64,000 bases of DNA from Camelus ferus (Eukaryota). Below the pieces are notes generated by a model. That model saw only the letters and a list, made by a program, of their open reading frames with translations. It did no database searches and was not told the origin of the DNA. The position numbers were made by a program, and so were the translations under genes. Shown here piece after piece: positions 62,441-64,000 of this stretch; the first letter of the stretch is position 1, and the number at the start of each line of letters is the position of its first letter. The DNA lies in contig NC_045696.1 in assembly GCF_009834535.1 (NCBI RefSeq), positions 88,724,001 through 88,788,000 of the forward strand, in the 5' to 3' direction.

Positions 62441-63319
62441 TATCCCTTGATTGCCAATGACACTGAGGTGATTAATCTAATTTATACTTCTCTAGTAACA
62501 TTTCAGTAGATCTCTGGTATAGAAATCTCAGAAAGAATACATGGATTCTTTTTCCTCAATTCTGACTTAAAGTTTTGGGATAAGCACTGCACTATGAGAA
62601 TTTACCTCACCCATTGAGAGTATTTGTGGGGCAGAAGACTAGTGCAAGTAAACTGTCCTTTGCCTCTATGTAAAAGTCTAAAAGATTTGTTGCTAAAGTA
62701 AAGTGCTATTTACTTACTGAATTTCACAGGGGAGAAAGGAGTACCATAGAATGTACATTATGCAAATACTTTACCATTACAAGTGACATGGAAATGAACC
62801 GAGAGCTAATTGCAATCCTAGGTTTTCATGAGATACAATAATAGTGATAGTTACCAGGTAATTACCATTTTTAACTATGCAATTAACTCATGTCAACCTT
62901 GCAAATATAAAAAGAACATAAAATACAGCTTATTCTCAGAAAAAAATTTGAGTTGTGGCTTTTAGGTTTAAGAAATCTTTAAAACAGAGTTTGATAACAT
63001 CTGTTTTCTAGTGGGATGTTGTTCCATGATGTCCTCATTTCTTTTTGTTTTTGCCACATATTACAAAGTTATAAAAATCAAATATATCAGCTGAGCTTCT
63101 GGATGATGAATGTAATAAAAATCCCCTGAGATAAATTTTAAATGAATCTTTTATATTGAGAGAAATTCCTGCACATTTTAAATTTCCCAATTATCAGTTT
63201 GATTTGTATTCTTAAATTGTTTTTGCCTTCTGCATATAAATATGTACTGAGTATTAAGTAGGACTCTCTTATTATTATTCTATCAATATATACCTAAATA
63301 TGTATAACCTTTTACACTG

Positions 63320-64000
63320 CATGAAGGTACTGTTATGAAGCACAGCAACCATGAGTACTATACCCATAAACCCACCAACTGACCTAAAAACTGGACTCTG
63401 ACCAATCTTTGTACCAACCTAGGAGTTCTTTCCCTATCCTATCTCCCTACCTGTCCTCCACAGGTAGCTATTAGGCTGAACTTTGCTTTTTATCATTCTC
63501 TTATCTTTTTAAAAAATAATATCATCAATAACATCTGCATCCCTAAATAATATATTTTTTACTTTTGCTTGGTTTTGAGCTTTATAAAAGGGTATTGTAC
63601 TATGTATCGTCCTCTGTTACTTGTTTTTTCACAATATTATATTTCTAGATCCTTCCATGTCATTACATATAGTTCAATCATTTTACTGCTATATAATATT
63701 CCACCATGTGACTGGTCTATAATTTATGTATTCATCTTCTTTGGATGTTTGAGTTTCCAGTTTTTTGCTATTATGATCAATGATTTCATGAATTGTTTTT
63801 GTACTAGCTGTTAGTGCATATATGCAAAAATTCCTCCAGGGTCTATAGCTAGGAATTAAATTACTGGACAGTTGGGAATGAAAATGTTCAACTTTACAAT
63901 TTAAGGCCAAACTGTTTTCGAAAATACATTATTCCCATTTACATTCCCACCAACAGTGTAATCAAAGCTCCTTAAGATAAGGGACCATTACTATAAATTC
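63320..64000 (-). mobile_element. Ancient L1M 3' region
   Basis: agttgggaatgaaaatgttcaacttta...aaactgttttc...catttacattcccaccaacagtgta. Confidence 0.8.

Noticed and set aside
1..64000. CRISPR arrays, operons, prokaryotic defence systems, rRNA, NUMT
   Set aside because: The sequence is mammalian intronic and promoter DNA; no repeat-spacer array or such homology was seen.

Overview
Mammalian genomic DNA, most likely a camelid, judged from four tRNA-Ala(AGC)-derived Vic-1-type SINEs and the lack of ruminant, pig, primate or rodent SINEs. The only supportable coding sequence is exon 1 of PPM1L (PP2C-epsilon, an ER-anchored Mg2+/Mn2+ Ser/Thr phosphatase) on the minus strand: ATG at 59277, 133 codons, GT donor at 58878. 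It sits in a CpG island with a GC-box promoter near 60.1 kb. Positions 1-58878 are the 5' part of its very large intron 1 and about 60.9-64 kb is upstream sequence. The intron is a layered transposon record: MIR, L2, L3, old L1M, hAT MITEs (MER5/20/58/103), two solo LTRs with TSDs, a ~6.1 kb two-LTR non-autonomous ERV, and younger L1 3' tails and SINEs with intact TSDs. I found no clear new biological system. The most interesting signals are: an ERV combining class I features with class III (ERVL-like) gag/protease remnants; two different L1 tails inserted one after the other at the same site; CpG/GC-enriched ancient repeats suggesting GC-biased gene conversion; a duplication-plus-hairpin scar; and a PPM1L start-codon arrangement that could give a TM-less isoform from Met58. 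Repeat family names are by-eye recognition, and boundaries without TSDs are approximate.
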